From Gemmatimonadaceae bacterium (GTDB lineage Bacteria; Gemmatimonadota; Gemmatimonadetes; Gemmatimonadales; Gemmatimonadaceae): a DNA stretch of 64,000 nucleotides. Positions 47,169 to 57,346 of the stretch are shown here, piece after piece. Within the stretch, counting starts at the first letter, position 1; the number at the start of each line of letters is the position of its first letter. Position numbers and translations under genes: made by a program. The notes beneath the pieces were generated by a model. The model saw only the letters and a list, made by a program, of their open reading frames with translations. It made no database searches and was not told the DNA's origin. The DNA is taken from assembly GCA_051859245.1 (NCBI GenBank), contig JBHYGA010000005.1, positions 763,537-827,536 on the forward strand, written 5' to 3'.

Positions 47169-48516
47169 GCGTTCGTTGCTTTCCCGGTTTCTGTCGCCAG
47201 TGTTCACTCCTGGCGCGCCTTCTCACTTGCGAGCGCGACGTGTCGCAATGCGACGTGTCGCAATGCTCGGCGCTGTCGTCATGGCCACCACCGTGTTTGC
47301 GGCGTGCACCGACGAGTACGATGGCGGGCAAGCCTGCCCGGTACTCTGCCCGCAGGAGCAGGCGCCGTTCATTGACACGATCATTGACGCGATCGCGCTT
47401 GATACCACGCTCGGTCCGTATCCGATTCTTGGATTCTCAAACGGATTGCTCCTGGCGAATCGCGGCGACACGCTTGAAACGCACGTGGTCGTGCGGTTCG
47501 ACAATCTGCCTTCCACCTACAATCCAAACGGCGAAGCCGTTCAGCAGCCGATCACCGCGGTCGACTCCACGGTGTTGCGCTTTTTCGTCGACACATCAGG
47601 CACGCGCGCAAGCGGCGCGTTCACCATCGAAGTATTCGATGTCGACACCACGGAATCCGATTCCGTGTCGGCGGTGGTGCGCTCGCTCTTTCGTCCGGAT
47701 CGCCGAGTTGGTCAGGTGATTGTGCCGGCCGGCAGTACGGCAGATTCGTTACGCATTCCGATCTCGAAAACGTTCATCGAATCCAAAATCGCGGTGCAGG
47801 GACGGGTGCGCCTGGGGGTGCGCATCGTCTCAACGGATAACGCGCAAATGCGTTTCGGCGCGTTTGCGGCCGGCGAAGGTGCGCCTCGACTCACGTTCGA
47901 TCCGAGCACCGACACACTGTATCGTCCGCTCGATATCATCCCCCGAACCACGCTCGTTGGTGCGGAGCTGGATGATGTATTGCGACTTGCGTACACAGTG
48001 TACACGCTCACCGTGCGCGGTTCAGAACCCGTACCGCAGGGCACCCTGAGTGTGGGTGGCTTTCCGTCACGGCGTCCGTATTTCCGATTTGCCATTCCGC
48101 GCTCGATCATTGATTCGAGCACGGTGGTGCGCGCGGAGCTGCTGCTCACGCAGCGCCCCTCGTTCAGTGCGGATCGGGGGCGACCGATCGGTGTGCAACC
48201 GTACATTGGCACCACGAACAACGACGTCACAGACCTGTATCTCGCCGCGTCGCTGGCGGCGAACGGACAACTCGCGGGCGTGGATTCCGTGCGTTTTGTG
48301 CCCAGTGACAGTGGACCGAAGGCCATCAACATCGTGAGTCTCGTGCGCGGCTGGTCATCGCTCGATAGCATGGTCACGCGCTTTGTTGCGCTTCGCATTA
48401 ACGGCGAGGGTTCGAACGGCGCCGAAATCCGCTTCCACGATCTCTCCGCTCCGGCGGCGCTTCGGCCCCGCTTGCGCATCACCTATTTGCCGCGCACGGA
48501 GTTTGCCATCCCATGA
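47161..48516 (+). CDS. beta-rich lipoprotein of unknown function (start 47161 or 47248)
   Basis: Signal MRRVAMLGAVVMATTVFAA-C; CPVLCP shortly after the lipobox; C-terminal RPRLRITY; coupled to the next gene. Confidence 0.65.
   Translation: MPERSLLSRFLSPVFTPGAPSHLRARRVAMRRVAMLGAVVMATTVFAACTDEYDGGQACPVLCPQEQAPFIDTIIDAIALDTTLGPYPILGFSNGLLLANRGDTLETHVVVRFDNLPSTYNPNGEAVQQPITAVDSTVLRFFVDTSGTRASGAFTIEVFDVDTTESDSVSAVVRSLFRPDRRVGQVIVPAGSTADSLRIPISKTFIESKIAVQGRVRLGVRIVSTDNAQMRFGAFAAGEGAPRLTFDPSTDTLYRPLDIIPRTTLVGAELDDVLRLAYTVYTLTVRGSEPVPQGTLSVGGFPSRRPYFRFAIPRSIIDSSTVVRAELLLTQRPSFSADRGRPIGVQPYIGTTNNDVTDLYLAASLAANGQLAGVDSVRFVPSDSGPKAINIVSLVRGWSSLDSMVTRFVALRINGEGSNGAEIRFHDLSAPAALRPRLRITYLPRTEFAIP
47235..47266. 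repeat. 15-bp tandem duplication (2 copies)
   Basis: GCGACGTGTCGCAAT x2 plus GC, encoding RRVAM-RRVAM. Confidence 0.85.
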
Positions 48517-49673
48517 AGCGTCACTCGTGGTCGTTGAGTTCAACTGCAACAGTGGCGGTCGCGCTACTGCTGTCGGCGCCATTGGCGTTGTCTGCATTGC
48601 ACGCGCAGGGCACGCTGAGCACGCAAGGCTTTGGTTATCCACCAGGCGGATTGAGCACGCGCTCACTCGGCATTGGTGGCGCGACCGCAGAGTTTGATTT
48701 GTTGTCATCGCGCAACCCGGCGTCGGCAACAGAAATCGGATCAAGCGTGCTGAGCGTGCAGGCCGCGCCAGAGTACCGGACCGTGTTGTTCAACGGGGTG
48801 TCGGAGCGCTCCACGATTCAGCGCACCCCATTGGTCGCGGCCGGTCTTCGCCTCAAGCAGGTCGGGTTGCTGCTGTCCGCATCCACGCTACTCGATCGAA
48901 GCTTCACCACCGAGTCGCCAGGCACCGCGGTGATCGGCGGCGTCGCCACACCAACTACAGATCGATTTGAGTCACGTGGTGCGATCACGGAGCTGCGTCT
49001 CTCCGCGGGTTGGAACTACAAGGCCTTTGCACTCGGTGTGGCCGCGGTTGCGGTCACGGGTGAGCACTCGCTGGTGCGCACCCGAGCGTTCCCGGATACC
49101 CTGCTGTTCGGTGGGGTGCTCGATTCGACTCGCATTGGTTTTGAGGGCCTCGGACTCGCCGTGGGCGCGAACTGGCGCGTCTCCCGTGATTTCCTGATTG
49201 GGGCGAGCTATCGATCCTCGGGACCGCTCAATGTGTTGCGGCGCGACTCCACGTTGCGGAGTGCCAATCTCCCGTCGCGGCTCGGTGTTGGTGCGCTGTA
49301 TCAAGGCTTTGCCGGGTCGGTGCTCGCGGCCTCGCTGGAGCAGGTGGGCTGGTCGGCCATGAACGGATTGGGCACCGAAGCCAGTCGCGCGCAGGACGCC
49401 TTCAACTGGTCGGTAGGCGGTGAGTTTGAGGGCGGTACGTTACGCCGTACGGCGGTGCTGTGGCGTGCGGGTTATGCCCAGCGAGACCTCCCGTTTTTGT
49501 TGCGAGACCTGCCGGTATCGGAGCGGTCGATTCACGCGGGTGTGGGGATTCCCATCTCGTCCGAAGCCGCTTCGTTCGACTTTTCCGTGCAGCGGTCGTT
49601 CCGGCGGGTGCAGGGTGATCAGGCGCGCGAGAACGCGTGGGGCATTTCGGCGGCGCTAACCATTCGCCCCTAA
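48513..49673 (+). CDS. outer-membrane beta-barrel protein, FadL/OmpP1/PorV-like
   Basis: Signal peptide ending ALHA-Q; TRSLGIGGA...NPA hatch-type motif; alternating amphipathic strands up to the C-terminus. Confidence 0.65.
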   Translation: MKRHSWSLSSTATVAVALLLSAPLALSALHAQGTLSTQGFGYPPGGLSTRSLGIGGATAEFDLLSSRNPASATEIGSSVLSVQAAPEYRTVLFNGVSERSTIQRTPLVAAGLRLKQVGLLLSASTLLDRSFTTESPGTAVIGGVATPTTDRFESRGAITELRLSAGWNYKAFALGVAAVAVTGEHSLVRTRAFPDTLLFGGVLDSTRIGFEGLGLAVGANWRVSRDFLIGASYRSSGPLNVLRRDSTLRSANLPSRLGVGALYQGFAGSVLAASLEQVGWSAMNGLGTEASRAQDAFNWSVGGEFEGGTLRRTAVLWRAGYAQRDLPFLLRDLPVSERSIHAGVGIPISSEAASFDFSVQRSFRRVQGDQARENAWGISAALTIRP

Positions 49674-49748
49674 GTAGCCGATACCGTATTATTACGGGAT
49701 CCAAGCGCGGTCGCGCCGCTGTTCTCATCTACGGTTCTTAAGGCTTTT

Positions 49749-52532
49749 GTGCCTCGTTCGCTTATCGAAACATACAGCGACTCCCTGCCATCCTGGTTGG
49801 TCAGGTTGGCGGAGTTGCTTGCCGTAACGCCGGATTACGTATTTTCCGTCTCACTCGACGGCACAATCCTCTGGGCCAACCGAGCACTGGAAACGCTGAT
49901 CGGACAGCGCGTGGTCGGACAGAACGTGGCCATGTTCCGACCCGAGTGGGTGCGCGAACTGCTCGAAACAGAGGCTCGCCCCGCGGCGCTGCGCGATGGT
50001 CATTGGGTTGGCATGACGGCGCTGCGCGTTCCGCCGCTCGGTGAGCGGCCGGTGCGTCAGGTGTTGGTGGCGCACCGCAGTCCATCCGGCGAGCTGGAAG
50101 GATACTCAGCGGTCTTGCAGGATCTTTCCGTGCATCAGGAAATGGCTGAGCGTTTTCGTGTGCTCGCCGATACCGTGCCCGTTGGGATTTTTCACAATGA
50201 TGCAGAGGGCAACTGCCTCTGGGTGAACAGCAGCTACTGCGAGATCACCGGACTCTCCGCTGCAGAGTCGCTCGGCGATGGCTGGAAGCGCGCGCTCGCC
50301 GCGGCGTCCGACGAGTTCCTCTCGCGTGTTCGCACGCAGCTGATGGCCACTGGATCATTTGGTCCGGAACGTGTGGACTTCGTTCGACCCGACGGTGAGC
50401 GACGTACCGCATCCGTTCGTGCGGCGTTGGTCCGTGCGCGTGATGGAGCGGTGCAGGGACAAGTCGGCGTGGTCGAAGACATCACGGCGCGCGATAGTGC
50501 GCAGCGTGCGCTTGAAGTCAGCGAAGAACGGCTGGCGCTCGTGCTGGCGTCTCTCGAAGAGGGAGTCGTGCTTCAAGATTCCACAGGCGCGATTCGTTTG
50601 TGGAATCCGGCCGCCGAGCGAATTCTTGGCGCGAGTGGCGAACAGCTTACAGGCGCAACATCAATGGATCCGCGTTGGCGCGCCACCGACGCGCAAGGCA
50701 ACTTCCTCCCGGGCGAGCAGCATCCGGCCATGGTTGTTTTGCGAACGCGGCAAACTGTCTCGCATTTTGTCATGGGCGTCACGCGTGCAGACAGCACGCA
50801 TGTCTGGATTCGCGTCACGTCGCAGCCAGTCACGATGCCCGACGCTCCGCACGAACATGCGGCGCTTACGAGTTTCATCGACATCACCGGCGAGTTCGAA
50901 GCCGATGAGCTGCTTCGTCGAAGCGAGCGACAGCTGCGTGTGGTCACGGCGGCAGCACGCGAGGCGATTTGTCTGCACGATGCCGATGGCACGTACTTGT
51001 GGTTGAGTCAGGGCTGCTCCGCAGTGCTGGGATGGAATGAGGCAGAACTGCTCGGCAAGAATCCGTATCTTTTCTTTCATCCGGACGACGTCGACCGAAT
51101 TCGTCGCGAGTCACACCAGCCGCTGCTCGAAGGCGAGCGAACGCGTGGCATCACATTTCGTTTTCGCCGCCGCGACAACTCCTACAGTTGGGTGGAGACG
51201 GAATCGTCCGTGGTGGACGCGACAGAAACTACGCCGATGCGTCTCGTGACCACATCGCGGCTGGTCGACTATCGCGTGGAGGCCGAAGCGCGCAATGCCA
51301 CGCGGCAGCGGCTTGGTGGCGTGGCGCATTTTGCCGGTCAGCTGGCGCACGAGTTTACCAACCTGTACACGGTTGCGTTGTCGCGACTTGAGTTGATTCG
51401 CGAACGATTGCACGAAGAAGAACGTGAGGACATGCAGGAAGCGTTCAATGCAATCGCGCGCGCCTCGGAGCTCACGCGTGAGCTGCGCGCACTGAGCGGG
51501 AATGAACCGCTGCATGTTGAACGCGTGGAACTTCACGAGTTCCTGCGCGCGAGCGAAGCGGTGCTGCGCGAGTTCGCGAATGAGAACCTTACCGTGACCG
51601 TGGAGAACGACGGTCCACCGCTCTTTGTGCACGCCGATCGGAGCGTGCTTCGAAGCGCGTTGCATTCGGTGCTTGCAAATGCCGCCGAAGCGATGTTGAA
51701 TCGCGGCACGATCACGGTGCACGTGGAACACGTGCAGTTGCGGGAGCCACATGTCGACGTGCATGGTGACGTCGCGCCCGGCGATTGGGCGGTGATCCGC
51801 TGCGTGGACACGGGCCCGGGCATTGCCGATGCACGCATGGCGTCGCTGTTTGAGCCTCGGTTCTCGGCCGATCGTAGCACGTTAGGTACGGGACTCGGTC
51901 TTCCCATCACGCGGGCGCGTATGGCGCAAATGCAGGGCCATATCTCCATCCGCAAACTGACGCAGGGCGGGACCGAGGTGCGGCTCTGGGTGCCGACCAT
52001 TCCGCCGTCCGGAGATGCGCACGGCACCGAAACCGCAGGGCTGGGTGCACGTGCTGATGCCGCGCGTCGAACGCCGCCCAGCGTTCCGGCTGTTGGGACG
52101 GATCCGGTCGTACCAGGCACCGCAGCCGACGCCTCAACGCACGGCATGCACCTACTGCTGGTCGACGACGACGTGCACGTGCTGCGCACCGCGCAGCGGC
52201 TGCTCATGCGCGCTGGCTTCACGGTCACCGCCGCCGCCAGCGGGTTTGACGCGCTCGCCGCGCTGGAGGAGGACGACGCGGGGGAGCGTGCGATTGCGTT
52301 GATTGTGACCGATGTGATGATGCCGGGGCTGTCTGGCCCACAGTTCGTGGCGCGTCGTCGGGAGCTCGGCGACATGCGACCGGTTGTCTACATGTCGGGC
52401 TACACCGGTGACGCGCTGGCGCCAGCCCACGCGCCGGAGGCTGGCGCGGTGCTGGTGTCCAAGCCGTTCTCGACCTCAGACCTGCTACAGGCCATCAAAG
52501 ATGCGCTCGCGGCGATTCCGCGCAGCCGTTGA
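49749..52532 (+). CDS. soluble multi-PAS (4) hybrid histidine kinase with REC
   Basis: Four PAS starts (SLDGTILWAN, DAEGNCLWVN, DSTGAIRLWN, DADGTYLWLS); H-box LAHEFTN; DTGPGI; GTGLGL; REC LLVDDD and TDVMMP; no TM. Confidence 0.88.
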   Translation: MPRSLIETYSDSLPSWLVRLAELLAVTPDYVFSVSLDGTILWANRALETLIGQRVVGQNVAMFRPEWVRELLETEARPAALRDGHWVGMTALRVPPLGERPVRQVLVAHRSPSGELEGYSAVLQDLSVHQEMAERFRVLADTVPVGIFHNDAEGNCLWVNSSYCEITGLSAAESLGDGWKRALAAASDEFLSRVRTQLMATGSFGPERVDFVRPDGERRTASVRAALVRARDGAVQGQVGVVEDITARDSAQRALEVSEERLALVLASLEEGVVLQDSTGAIRLWNPAAERILGASGEQLTGATSMDPRWRATDAQGNFLPGEQHPAMVVLRTRQTVSHFVMGVTRADSTHVWIRVTSQPVTMPDAPHEHAALTSFIDITGEFEADELLRRSERQLRVVTAAAREAICLHDADGTYLWLSQGCSAVLGWNEAELLGKNPYLFFHPDDVDRIRRESHQPLLEGERTRGITFRFRRRDNSYSWVETESSVVDATETTPMRLVTTSRLVDYRVEAEARNATRQRLGGVAHFAGQLAHEFTNLYTVALSRLELIRERLHEEEREDMQEAFNAIARASELTRELRALSGNEPLHVERVELHEFLRASEAVLREFANENLTVTVENDGPPLFVHADRSVLRSALHSVLANAAEAMLNRGTITVHVEHVQLREPHVDVHGDVAPGDWAVIRCVDTGPGIADARMASLFEPRFSADRSTLGTGLGLPITRARMAQMQGHISIRKLTQGGTEVRLWVPTIPPSGDAHGTETAGLGARADAARRTPPSVPAVGTDPVVPGTAADASTHGMHLLLVDDDVHVLRTAQRLLMRAGFTVTAAASGFDALAALEEDDAGERAIALIVTDVMMPGLSGPQFVARRRELGDMRPVVYMSGYTGDALAPAHAPEAGAVLVSKPFSTSDLLQAIKDALAAIPRSR

Positions 52533-52558
52533 AGGGGAGTCCGTCACTCGGCTATCTT
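52529..52558 (+). promoter_or_regulatory. candidate leaderless miaB promoter
   Basis: TTGAAG (52529-52534), 18 nt, TATCTT (52553-52558), 6 nt, ATG 52565. Confidence 0.55.
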
Positions 52559-52564
52559 TCGGGG

Positions 52565-53917
52565 ATGTCCAGCACACCGCGCCCCACCGTGTACATCGAG
52601 ACCTACGGCTGCCAGATGAATGTGGCCGATTCGGAGCTCATGTACGGCTCCCTTGCCGCACACGGCTACGATGCCGTCGAGGCGCCGGACGGCGCAGATG
52701 TCATTCTGGTAAACACCTGCGCCATTCGCGATCACGCTGAGCAGCGTGTGATCGGCCGTCTCGGCGAGCTTCGCCGCTTCATGAAGGCGCACAGCATTGT
52801 GGGCGTCACCGGCTGCATGGCGCAGCGTCTCGGCCCGAAGCTGCTCGAAAAAGCGCGACACGTGTCGCTGGTGGTTGGCCCGGATGGCTATCGCGCGCTG
52901 CCGCAGCTCATCGACAACGCACGCAATGGCGAGCGCGGAATTTTCACCACCTTCGATCTCGAAGAGCACTACGAAGATGTGACGCCTCGCCGGACAGATC
53001 CGGTGAAGGCGTGGGTTCCGGTGCAGCGCGGATGCGACTATCGCTGCACGTATTGCATCGTGCCGCACACGCGTGGCTCGGAGCGCTCGCGACAGCTTCA
53101 CGAAGTAGTGCGCGAAGTCCGGCAGGTGGTGGAAACCGGGACGTCTGAAATCGTGCTGCTCGGCCAGACCGTCAACTCGTACAATGATGGCACCAACGAC
53201 TTCGCGGATTTGCTGCGTGCCGTTGGCTCCATCGATGGTGTGCGGCGCCTGCGGTACACGAGTCCGCACCCCAATGATTTTTCGGATCGTGTGATTGAGG
53301 CGCACGCGGAAGTGGCGGCCGCGTGCGAGCATGTGCATTTGCCCATGCAGAGCGGCTCAACGCGCGTGCTCAAGCGCATGCTGCGCCGCTATTCACGCGA
53401 AGAGTTTTTGCAGTGTGTCGATCGCTTGCGCGCGGCGATGCCGTCACTCGTACTCACCACGGATATCATCGTTGGCTTTCCGGGTGAGTCCGACGAAGAC
53501 TTTGAAGAGACACTCACCGCTGTGACCGCGGCCGGCTTCAGCGAGGCGTTCACGTTCAAGTTCTCGCCGCGTCCCGGAACTCCCGCCACGCGCATGCCGG
53601 CAGAAGAGATGATTCCGGATGAAGTCGCGAGCGAACGTTTGCAGCGTCTGATTCAGGTCGTACGCGCACAGTCTCGCGAACAGAACATCGCGTTGCTTGG
53701 GTCGCGCACAGAAGTGTTGCTTGAGCGCGTGGCCAAAGATGGCGAACTGCTCATGGGTCGCACGCGTGACTGGAAAACGGTGCTCGTGCCTGGGCACGCG
53801 TCGCTCGTCAATACGTATCACATGGTGGAGCTCACCGGCACGACCGGGAGCACGTTTACCGGCACGTTTGTACAGGATAGCGCGCCGTCACGTCAGCCAC
53901 TGCCGATGGCCAGCTAG
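52565..53917 (+). CDS. miaB: tRNA-i6A37 methylthiotransferase MiaB
   Basis: ETYGCQMN, NTCAIR, GCMAQ, CxxxCxxC (CDYRCTYC), LLGQTVNSY, SPHP, DIIVGFPGE, TRAM-like C-terminus. Confidence 0.96.
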   Translation: MSSTPRPTVYIETYGCQMNVADSELMYGSLAAHGYDAVEAPDGADVILVNTCAIRDHAEQRVIGRLGELRRFMKAHSIVGVTGCMAQRLGPKLLEKARHVSLVVGPDGYRALPQLIDNARNGERGIFTTFDLEEHYEDVTPRRTDPVKAWVPVQRGCDYRCTYCIVPHTRGSERSRQLHEVVREVRQVVETGTSEIVLLGQTVNSYNDGTNDFADLLRAVGSIDGVRRLRYTSPHPNDFSDRVIEAHAEVAAACEHVHLPMQSGSTRVLKRMLRRYSREEFLQCVDRLRAAMPSLVLTTDIIVGFPGESDEDFEETLTAVTAAGFSEAFTFKFSPRPGTPATRMPAEEMIPDEVASERLQRLIQVVRAQSREQNIALLGSRTEVLLERVAKDGELLMGRTRDWKTVLVPGHASLVNTYHMVELTGTTGSTFTGTFVQDSAPSRQPLPMAS

Positions 53918-53921
53918 GGCA

Positions 53922-54566
53922 ATGCCGTACGTCGAACCACATACACTGCGTGCCCGAGTTGTTTCGGCAGCGCGCATCAGTACAGTCCTGGTGGTGATGT
54001 TGTCGATGAGTGCGTGCGGTGAAACGAAACGCACCGACGCACTGCCAATGGTCGGACCGTTGACGTCTTTCTCGGGAAATCCGCTCGGGGTGCCGGTCGC
54101 GGACCTGATGCGTGAGCGCAGTGCGATCATGCGCGCGCCACTGGGAGGCCTGCGCGAGGCGGCAGGGGATTGGGTGCTGCACTACGACGTACCTCCGCCC
54201 GCCTCAGAGGAGCTGTTTCCGACCATGCGTGTATCCGGCGTCACGGCCATGCGCGCGCTCCCGGATTCACTGGCCGCAACGCGGCTGCGAGACTCATTGT
54301 TGGCCGAGATCGGTCCAGCGAATACCGAGCGCTGCGTCACGGTGCGTCGCGGAAAACAGCGCGCGCCGGCAACCATCGTGCGGCGAGGAGACTACGAGTA
54401 CATGATCGGTTATTGGTCGCGCGACTTGCCAACCGCGAGCGTCAGTGCGCCAGACTCGATTCCGCTCCCCATTCTCTTTGCTGTGACGTATCGCCCCGCG
54501 GCGGACGCGCGGCCCAATGAGGATGTGTCGCCGTGCGGCACCACAGCACCAACGTCAGCAAAATGA
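53922..54566 (+). CDS. hypothetical lipoprotein
   Basis: Fills the miaB-comEC gap; hydrophobic stretch ending MSAC; no recognised domain. Confidence 0.5.
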   Translation: MPYVEPHTLRARVVSAARISTVLVVMLSMSACGETKRTDALPMVGPLTSFSGNPLGVPVADLMRERSAIMRAPLGGLREAAGDWVLHYDVPPPASEELFPTMRVSGVTAMRALPDSLAATRLRDSLLAEIGPANTERCVTVRRGKQRAPATIVRRGDYEYMIGYWSRDLPTASVSAPDSIPLPILFAVTYRPAADARPNEDVSPCGTTAPTSAK

Positions 54567-54602
54567 TGATGGTCTGAACCTGATTCGGGCGCACGATATG
54601 GC

Positions 54603-56963
54603 GTGCCCCGAATCGTGTTTCTCGTAGCCGCGTGGTTGAGTGGGGCGACTGTTGCCGCGCTCGCGCACGCCAATGTACGCGCGGGCAATCCCGCCCTGCC
54701 GCGGTGGCTGCTGATTGCCGTCACGATCGTTGGTTTGGGCTGCGTGTGGCGGCTGGTGTTTTCTTCCCCATCGTTAAACGACGCGCGCCTGACGACGCTC
54801 GCGTCGCTCGCGACGTTTATCGCGGCCCTGCTGTGGGGCCACGCGAGTTGGGCGCACGATGCACGATGCTTGAAACTGCTAGGCGATCCTGGCGCGCCAC
54901 TCTTGTTGCGGCTCGACGATGTCGCACAACCCCAAGCGTGGTTGCGCGCCAGTGCGCGGGGACTCACCTCGCAATCCAGTACGTGTGCGGTTCCCACCAC
55001 ACTGGCCGTCGAACGCGGAAGCGCTGAACCCGGCGCGTGGGTGACGGTCACCGCAACGCGTCTCATAGCAGGTTCGACACTCCGACTCGACAACGCAACG
55101 ATTACCGCTACGGGTGCGGTCGATTGGCTGCATGGTTGGCGCGGTCGCACAGGTGTCACAATTGACACGCTGTTTGGTGTCCGCGCGCCGCTCGTACGCG
55201 CCTTGCTGGTGGCGGATCAACAAGGGATCGACACGGAGGTGCGTGATCGATTCGCCACCGCCGGTCTTGTGCATGTGCTCTCCATTTCCGGCTTGCACGT
55301 GGCAATCATTGCGGTGGCCATTCGTACCGTGGGTTCTGCGCTCCGCCTGCGTCGTGCACACGCCGATTTGCTCGCGCTCTTCACCGTCGGCGCGTATCTC
55401 ATCGTGCTCGGATTTCCTCCGCCGCTCACACGTGCGGCCGTGATGCTCTCAACCGTGATGCTCGCGGATCGGCTCGGTCGACCCGTGCATCCGTGGACGG
55501 CACTCGCGCTCGGCGTGTGTGCACCCACCATAGATCCGCGTGTGGTCGCCTCGCTGGGCTGGCAACTCTCGGCCAGCGGCATGGCGGCGCTCGTGGGAGG
55601 CCGAGCGTTGATGCGACGCTGGCGCACGCGCCCGCTGCACGCGTCGGCTCGCACGCCGCGCGGTGTGGTTCGGCGCTACGCCGCTCGTGTGTTGGCCGCC
55701 GGCCCGCAGCTTTCCGGCTGGCGTCTCGCGCTCGTTACGGAGCTGGTCATCGGCATCGTTGCAAGTGCGGTCACAGCGCCGCTCGTGGCCTGGGTCTTTG
55801 GCCGAGTGAGTCTGGTCGCACCGCTTGCCAACGTGGCGGCCGCGCCGGTGGTGGGGTTTCTGCAACCGGTGCTTTTTCTTGCGTTGGTGCTCGCGCCACT
55901 TACACCGGTCGCACGCTTTATTGCCGACAGTGCGGCCGCTCCGCTTGCGGCGCTCGACTACATCGCCGTCGTGGCCAGTGATCTTCCGTACGCGGCGCTC
56001 GACGTGGCACCGGGACGCTTTACGGCCCTCTGTATGGGCGTCATGACCGCGGCATTTATTGTGTGTACGGCACGACGTCGTATCTGGCCTCCGTTGCTCA
56101 CCGGGGCGGCCGCGCTCGTGCTGGCGCTCTGGTACCCCGTGTTCGCGCGCGGGCCGGGACGCATGGAGCTGCACGTAATCGATGTGGGGCAGGGCGACGC
56201 GCTGGCGCTGCGTACACCCCGGGGGCGGTGGGTCCTGGTGGACGCCGGACGTGTGTGGCAAGGCGGCGATGCCGGTCGACGCAGCGTTGTGCCGTACGTG
56301 CGGCGACGAGGGGGCGATGTTGCGCTGTTCGTGCTTTCGCACCCGGACGCGGACCACGTGGGCGGTGCGCCGAGTGTACTGGAAGCGCTGCGCCCTTCAC
56401 TGTGGTGGGATCCCGGCTCGATTCATGCCAGCGATGTGTACCAACGGTCACTCGACGTTGCCCAACGGCGAAAGATCCCCTGGCAGCGGGCACAAACGGG
56501 CGACTCTTTGCACATTGATGGGGTCATGATTCGCGTACTCGGCCCCGACTCCTCGTGGACCGCCAACCAAACCAATGTGAATGACGCGAGCGTGGTGCTC
56601 ATGGTACAACATGGTCAGGTACGCGTGCTGCTGACCGGTGACGCGGAACGCGAGCAGGAGCAGTGGCTGGTGGATCGGTGGGGCGACGAACTCTCCGCCA
56701 CCGTACTCAAGGTCGGGCATCATGGCAGTCGCACCAGTTCGACCGACATATTCCTTGACGCGGTGAAGCCGCAAGTTGCGTTGGTGTCCGTGGGCGCCGC
56801 GAACCGATATGGTCATCCCGCGCCGGAAGTGATCAGCGCGTTGCGTGCGCGCCAGGTGGATATTCTGCGAACGGATCGCGATGGCGCGATTGTGATGCGC
56901 AGCGATGGTCGCACCGTGCAACTCGAAACCCGTCACGCGCAATGGACCCACGTCGCGCATTGA
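54603..56963 (+). CDS. comEC: DNA internalization competence protein ComEC/Rec2
   Basis: GLVHVLSISGLHV, RAAVM, GWQLS, DVGQGDA, SHPDADHVGG, LLTGD, KVGHHGS, NRYGHP, RTDRDGAI. Confidence 0.95.
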   Translation: MPRIVFLVAAWLSGATVAALAHANVRAGNPALPRWLLIAVTIVGLGCVWRLVFSSPSLNDARLTTLASLATFIAALLWGHASWAHDARCLKLLGDPGAPLLLRLDDVAQPQAWLRASARGLTSQSSTCAVPTTLAVERGSAEPGAWVTVTATRLIAGSTLRLDNATITATGAVDWLHGWRGRTGVTIDTLFGVRAPLVRALLVADQQGIDTEVRDRFATAGLVHVLSISGLHVAIIAVAIRTVGSALRLRRAHADLLALFTVGAYLIVLGFPPPLTRAAVMLSTVMLADRLGRPVHPWTALALGVCAPTIDPRVVASLGWQLSASGMAALVGGRALMRRWRTRPLHASARTPRGVVRRYAARVLAAGPQLSGWRLALVTELVIGIVASAVTAPLVAWVFGRVSLVAPLANVAAAPVVGFLQPVLFLALVLAPLTPVARFIADSAAAPLAALDYIAVVASDLPYAALDVAPGRFTALCMGVMTAAFIVCTARRRIWPPLLTGAAALVLALWYPVFARGPGRMELHVIDVGQGDALALRTPRGRWVLVDAGRVWQGGDAGRRSVVPYVRRRGGDVALFVLSHPDADHVGGAPSVLEALRPSLWWDPGSIHASDVYQRSLDVAQRRKIPWQRAQTGDSLHIDGVMIRVLGPDSSWTANQTNVNDASVVLMVQHGQVRVLLTGDAEREQEQWLVDRWGDELSATVLKVGHHGSRTSSTDIFLDAVKPQVALVSVGAANRYGHPAPEVISALRARQVDILRTDRDGAIVMRSDGRTVQLETRHAQWTHVAH

Positions 56964-57343
56964 CACGTCTGCGCCGTTTGCTCCTCGGTGAGGCCACCGA
57001 GCTGCCGACTGCGCTTCTGCAGCGCTACCCGATGCTGCGCGAGGTGCGCTGGCGGCGCGGCGGGCTGCCCCTGCGGGTCGGCGGCTGGTGCCTGCTGCGC
57101 CGTGAAGTGCAGGGCATCACCCTCTGGCAGACCGTGTTTCTGTCGCGGTCGGCCAACTTTGATCCCGCGCTGCTCTTGCACGAGTTCGCTCACGTACGAC
57201 AGTTTGCGGAGGTGTCGGCGTTCCCGCTTCGCTACGTATGGCAGTCCTTGCGCCATGGGTATCGCGGGAACCGATTTGAGCGAGACGCCGACGACTACGC
57301 CGCGCACGTGCTCGGCGAGTCACCACTTCCGCCTGAGGCCTGA
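56942..57343 (+). CDS. small HEXXH protein (DUF4157-like zincin)
   Basis: GITLWQTVF, LLLHEFAHVRQ, GYRGNRFERDA. Confidence 0.7.
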   Translation: MDPRRALTRLRRLLLGEATELPTALLQRYPMLREVRWRRGGLPLRVGGWCLLRREVQGITLWQTVFLSRSANFDPALLLHEFAHVRQFAEVSAFPLRYVWQSLRHGYRGNRFERDADDYAAHVLGESPLPPEA

Positions 57344-57346
57344 CAA

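Noticed and set aside
49684..49697. CCGTA-TTAT-TACGG mini-hairpin after the barrel gene as a terminator
   Set aside because: Only a 5-bp stem with no U-tract; could equally be a -10 element (TATTAT), so left uncalled.
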